The notes under the pieces are model-generated. The model ran no database searches. It was not told the origin of the DNA and worked only from the letters and a program-made list of their open reading frames with translations. Below, piece after piece: positions 60,839 to 64,000 of a stretch of DNA of 64,000 nt. Location: NCBI GenBank assembly GCA_046563655.1, contig CM102284.1, forward strand, positions 2,294,001-2,358,000, written 5' to 3'. The stretch comes from Yuukianura sp. NJ FZ-2021 (taxonomy: Eukaryota). How positions within the stretch are numbered: the stretch's first letter is position 1; every line of letters starts with the position of its first letter. The position numbers were made by a program, and so were the translations under genes.

Positions 60839-62299
60839 TCTTATTCCGGAACGACTGCCCAATTAATTTGTTGAGTTTCTGGTCCGTGACTTTCTTTGCG
60901 TCAAAGAGTGGACGAACAGCTTCTGTGATACATTAAAATAAAGAAAGTTTAGAATTATGCAACGCAATTAAAATACTGTCACATTTAGTGTGTAATTGCT
61001 GCTATTTTGTATACCAAATTAATCATAGTCATCATAAATATTAGTTAATAAGCTAAGAACTAAGTATTACCTCGGACAGCTTTACACAACTTCAAACTTC
61101 CAAAAGAAATTTTTCCTGAGCTTCCAGTTAGTCGAATGGTTTTAGCTAAATCGGGGGAAAGTAAAGCCCTCAATGTATTAGAGACTGCTTTGGCCACAGT
61201 AGATCCTCCAGCGCGTTTGAGTTCTTCCACCTAAGATGTTACAATTACTAGTTATGGTTACATAAATCATTACAGTAGTAAAACCAAAAAGATCAACTTT
61301 GACTGTACCTGAGCTACCAACTTACCAGTAACAAGAAAACGGATTGGTCTTCAATAACTTCTTCCGCGTGAAACAATTCTTGTTCGTCCTTAAGTGGTAG
61401 AATACCATACGCAAATGTACCAGTAGGTTTGTCGAGTCCGGTTACACTGAGCCCACGTAGGACTCTTTTGATATCCTCTAACTCTGCCAATGTTTGTTCT
61501 TGTTTTTCCAACACCACTTGTTGAAATGCTAAAAAGAATACAGATAATCATAACTGGTTAGAATTCTTAATAAACGGACTGACTTGATTAACGGTGCATG
61601 GTAACTTTGAACTCACCTCTGAACTCATTCAAGAAGTCTGCAAATGTTGTCTCGAAGTTAGTAACGTCGTATTGTAAAACGATTGGATTCGAAGCTGCAA
61701 TATAAAATAACTGTTAGTCTTTCTGTATGTCCACGTTGCTGATTTATTTTTGAATTATGAAAATTGTACCTGTGTGGCCTATATTTGTCGTTTTGTTGTG
61801 TACTGGCACCCGTAGTAGACTGAGCAGTTCCAAAATTGATTGGTGGGACAGGTTCAGGATTCTCAAACGTTGTTTGCCTTAGAGTCGAAGGGTCATCACA
61901 TGAATCCACGATTTCCAGAGAAGTGGAGCGTCTCAAGACTGTTGCCTTCTTGCAGGCCTTGTCATAAGAATCTATTTCGAGATAAATAGAAATTAGAATC
62001 TAGCTTTGAGGTAGCAGAAATTATAATTAAATGCAGGAACCAGAAATACAAATGATTTTTAGCTTAAATGTGGACTTCAGTGGGTACTTACCGTATGATT
62101 TGACGAATTCCGCTGGATACTTAGGCCAGTCATCATCCGCTACACTATCTGGAGAACGAATGAGAAGATGTGCGTTTTTTCTACCTTCAGGCCAACTGGC
62201 AAGAATTCCCTCTTCAGTATCCCAAATCCAAGTTGAAGGAATCACAGAGTATCGGTTTTCTTCAGGAAAGAAGACGATTGAAAATCGCTTACGAGACAT
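60735..62299 (-). CDS. Spliced accessory gene of the transposon (DUF4806-like C-terminal domain); possible 1-nt frame problem in exon 2
   Basis: MSRKRFSIVFFPEENRYSVIPSTW..WP N-terminus; LPLKDEQEL..LVEELKRAGGSTVAKAV..TG..GKISF..LKLC C-terminus; several GT-AG introns; stop 60735-60737. Confidence 0.65.
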
Positions 62300-62713
62300 T
62301 TTGGCTCGGTTCAACACAAACTTTCACACTAACGGACAATTCTAGAAGAGTCGGTGTGATTGCGCGATGGAGAAGTTTGGTAGTACAGATTTTGTAATGA
62401 AACGGCGATTAAAATTACATTATATATCCCGCGCCAAAGATAAAGCGTGTTATCCAGGTTGAAATATGAATAGCACAAAAGTACATGCAGTTACTCCACA
62501 GAAAATCTCTTCACCAAATCTGTGAGTGCCAAAGATTCAAATATACATTAACAAATCAACGTGTCATTCACCGCATGTCAAACGTCGGTAATCTAACTGT
62601 GGGTTTTCTGTGACTTTTTGTAAGTACGTTCGACAGCGTTGTTGAAATTGTATTGAAAATTCAACGTACATTCCAATATCATTAAGAAATCATCACCTTT
62701 GGCAACTTGGGGT

Positions 62714-63873
62714 AATCTTCCGCTATAGAGAGGCCGTTGTTGATTTTGTTTATGAATTTTGTGAGTTCGATACCTTTGATCTAATTAGTATTTTCTTTAC
62801 AACTACACAGTAAGCGGCACGCTTGAAGAAGTCCAAAGAAATAAGCACTAAATTTGTTTTTCACTTCGGCATCTTTTAGCGTAAGTGGGCTGGTAACGAG
62901 GATACGGTCGTCACAACAACTCAGCAAATCTTGCATAATGCCACGGGAGACTGTTCCATCGCCTGGCCAAAAGCAGATCATTTTGCACGCAAAAATAAGT
63001 GTAATACTTACTCCCTAATGATAAAATATATTAGCATACATGTTATATTACATATTATACATATACATATTATAAATATTATATTATATTGTATAAAGTA
63101 TTGGTATATAGCAAGAGCGTGATAAAAATTATAATCAGAAGTGTGCCTCTGTAGCTGCTCGACAATCGCAACCGTAGATTGCGTAATCCTCAAAGTTGGG
63201 CACCACAAGCAGTTCCCATGGTGACCGTCCTTTTGCAAATGGGCGTCTAAGTACCTTGTCTTCTAAAATTTCGAAAATCTGTTCTGCATTTATGCTCTCT
63301 TGTCCACCTACTTCCATTTCGTTGACATGATTGTTAATGTCATAAGCCTCGTCCCACTTCCAGAACGGATAGTTCCAGATGACCTCATAGAACTGCTGCA
63401 ATTCAGGGCGCAAGAGTTGCCCTCTGGCGTCTTCTTTCAAAATCACCTTCAACTGAAACTATTTTCGAATGTCCGTCAGGGGGAATGTGACCTTCGACTC
63501 TAAACAGAATGCACACATCTTAGGTCAGTGGCGGCTTCTTCCGTAATGTAAATGACACTAACTCGAAGAACAATTCTGCACACTCCACGAAAGAGCCGAA
63601 AAACAATTTTACTCACAACCCACCTTCAACTAACCAAAACTGACCAGAAATGAACTAGAGAAGCCGCTCTAATATACAAACTAAAAACCTCATCTTATTT
63701 CTCCACTCCTTTTCATGGGGCCTCCGCCTCACACAAAACTGAAAGGAGGCCTCACCGGAGGAAGTGGAGACAAGGATGAGATTTTTAGTTTGTATATTAG
63801 AGCGGCTTCTGTATGCTCACACTCAGAACTGCCCAAAGCAGCAAGGATGTAAGGTGTCCAAGACTGTTGCCAT
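62714..63873 (-). pseudogene. Pseudogenised paralogue of the HHxxxDG acyltransferase
   Basis: Homologous segments LLRPELQQF..FWKWDE, RRPFAKGRSPWELLVVPNF and GDGTVSRGIMQDL..YFFG. It has an in-frame stop (IRK*FQL), frameshifts, a MITE in exon 1 and the CACTA insertion at its 3' end. Confidence 0.75.
63658..63811. mobile_element. 154-bp MITE with ~50-bp TIRs and TA target-site duplication (Tc1/mariner-type)
   Basis: TA|GAGAAGCCGCTCTAATATACAAACTAAAAA..CTCCACT ... AGTGGAG..TTTTTAGTTTGTATATTAGAGCGGCTTCTG|TA. Confidence 0.85.
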
Positions 63874-64000
63874 TACAACCGTAGTTGCTGCCGAGAGTGT
63901 AATACTGAAAATCGACGTTAATTAAAATGTTAACGTGAATCTAAGGAGTAATGGAAACACAAACACGTTTTCACAAAGCAAGGCCTTCAAGTTTCAATTT

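Larger units (their letters stand above)
58526..62711 (-). mobile_element. Complete CACTA/EnSpm-superfamily (CMC) DNA transposon, ~4.19 kb
   Basis: TIR CCCAAGTTGCCAA (58526) / TTGGCAACTTGGG (ending 62711), with imperfect extension TGATTACATGATGATATTG / CAATATCATTAAGAAATCA. 2-bp TSD GT at 58524-58525 and 62712-62713. Encodes a transposase and an accessory gene. Confidence 0.88.

Overview
This is AT-rich eukaryotic (arthropod) genomic DNA with short GT-AG introns. The gene content suggests a non-insect hexapod such as a springtail, which is inference only. From left to right: the first exon of an NtA-domain (agrin-like) gene (-); a 3-exon Vax homeobox gene (+); three tandem MIF/tautomerase paralogues (-); a large low-complexity coiled-coil protein with a C-terminal TM helix and two candidate alternative first exons (-); dystrobrevin (-); an EF-hand protein (+); a gustatory receptor (-) with a minisatellite-bearing foldback element in an intron; a secreted kelch-repeat protein (+); an NHA/SLC9B Na+/H+ antiporter (-). 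A ~17-kb gene-poor region follows, holding only the signal-peptide/IGFBP first exon of a CRIM1/IGFBP-like gene and a duplicated non-coding element. The right end has two tandem chemoreceptor-like genes (+), a frameshifted HHxxxDG (WS/DGAT-like) acyltransferase, a complete 4.2-kb CACTA/EnSpm-type transposon (TIRs, 2-bp TSD, two overlapping genes) and a MITE-disrupted acyltransferase pseudogene. The most striking unexplained signal is a recurring nuclear-receptor motif grammar. Perfect IR1 (EcRE-type) palindromes sit inside protein-coding exons in different reading frames, AGGTCA half-sites form dense arrays, and a DR4 element is preserved in both copies of the duplicated non-coding element. No rRNA, tRNA or CRISPR array was recognised. 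All gene models were built by eye.
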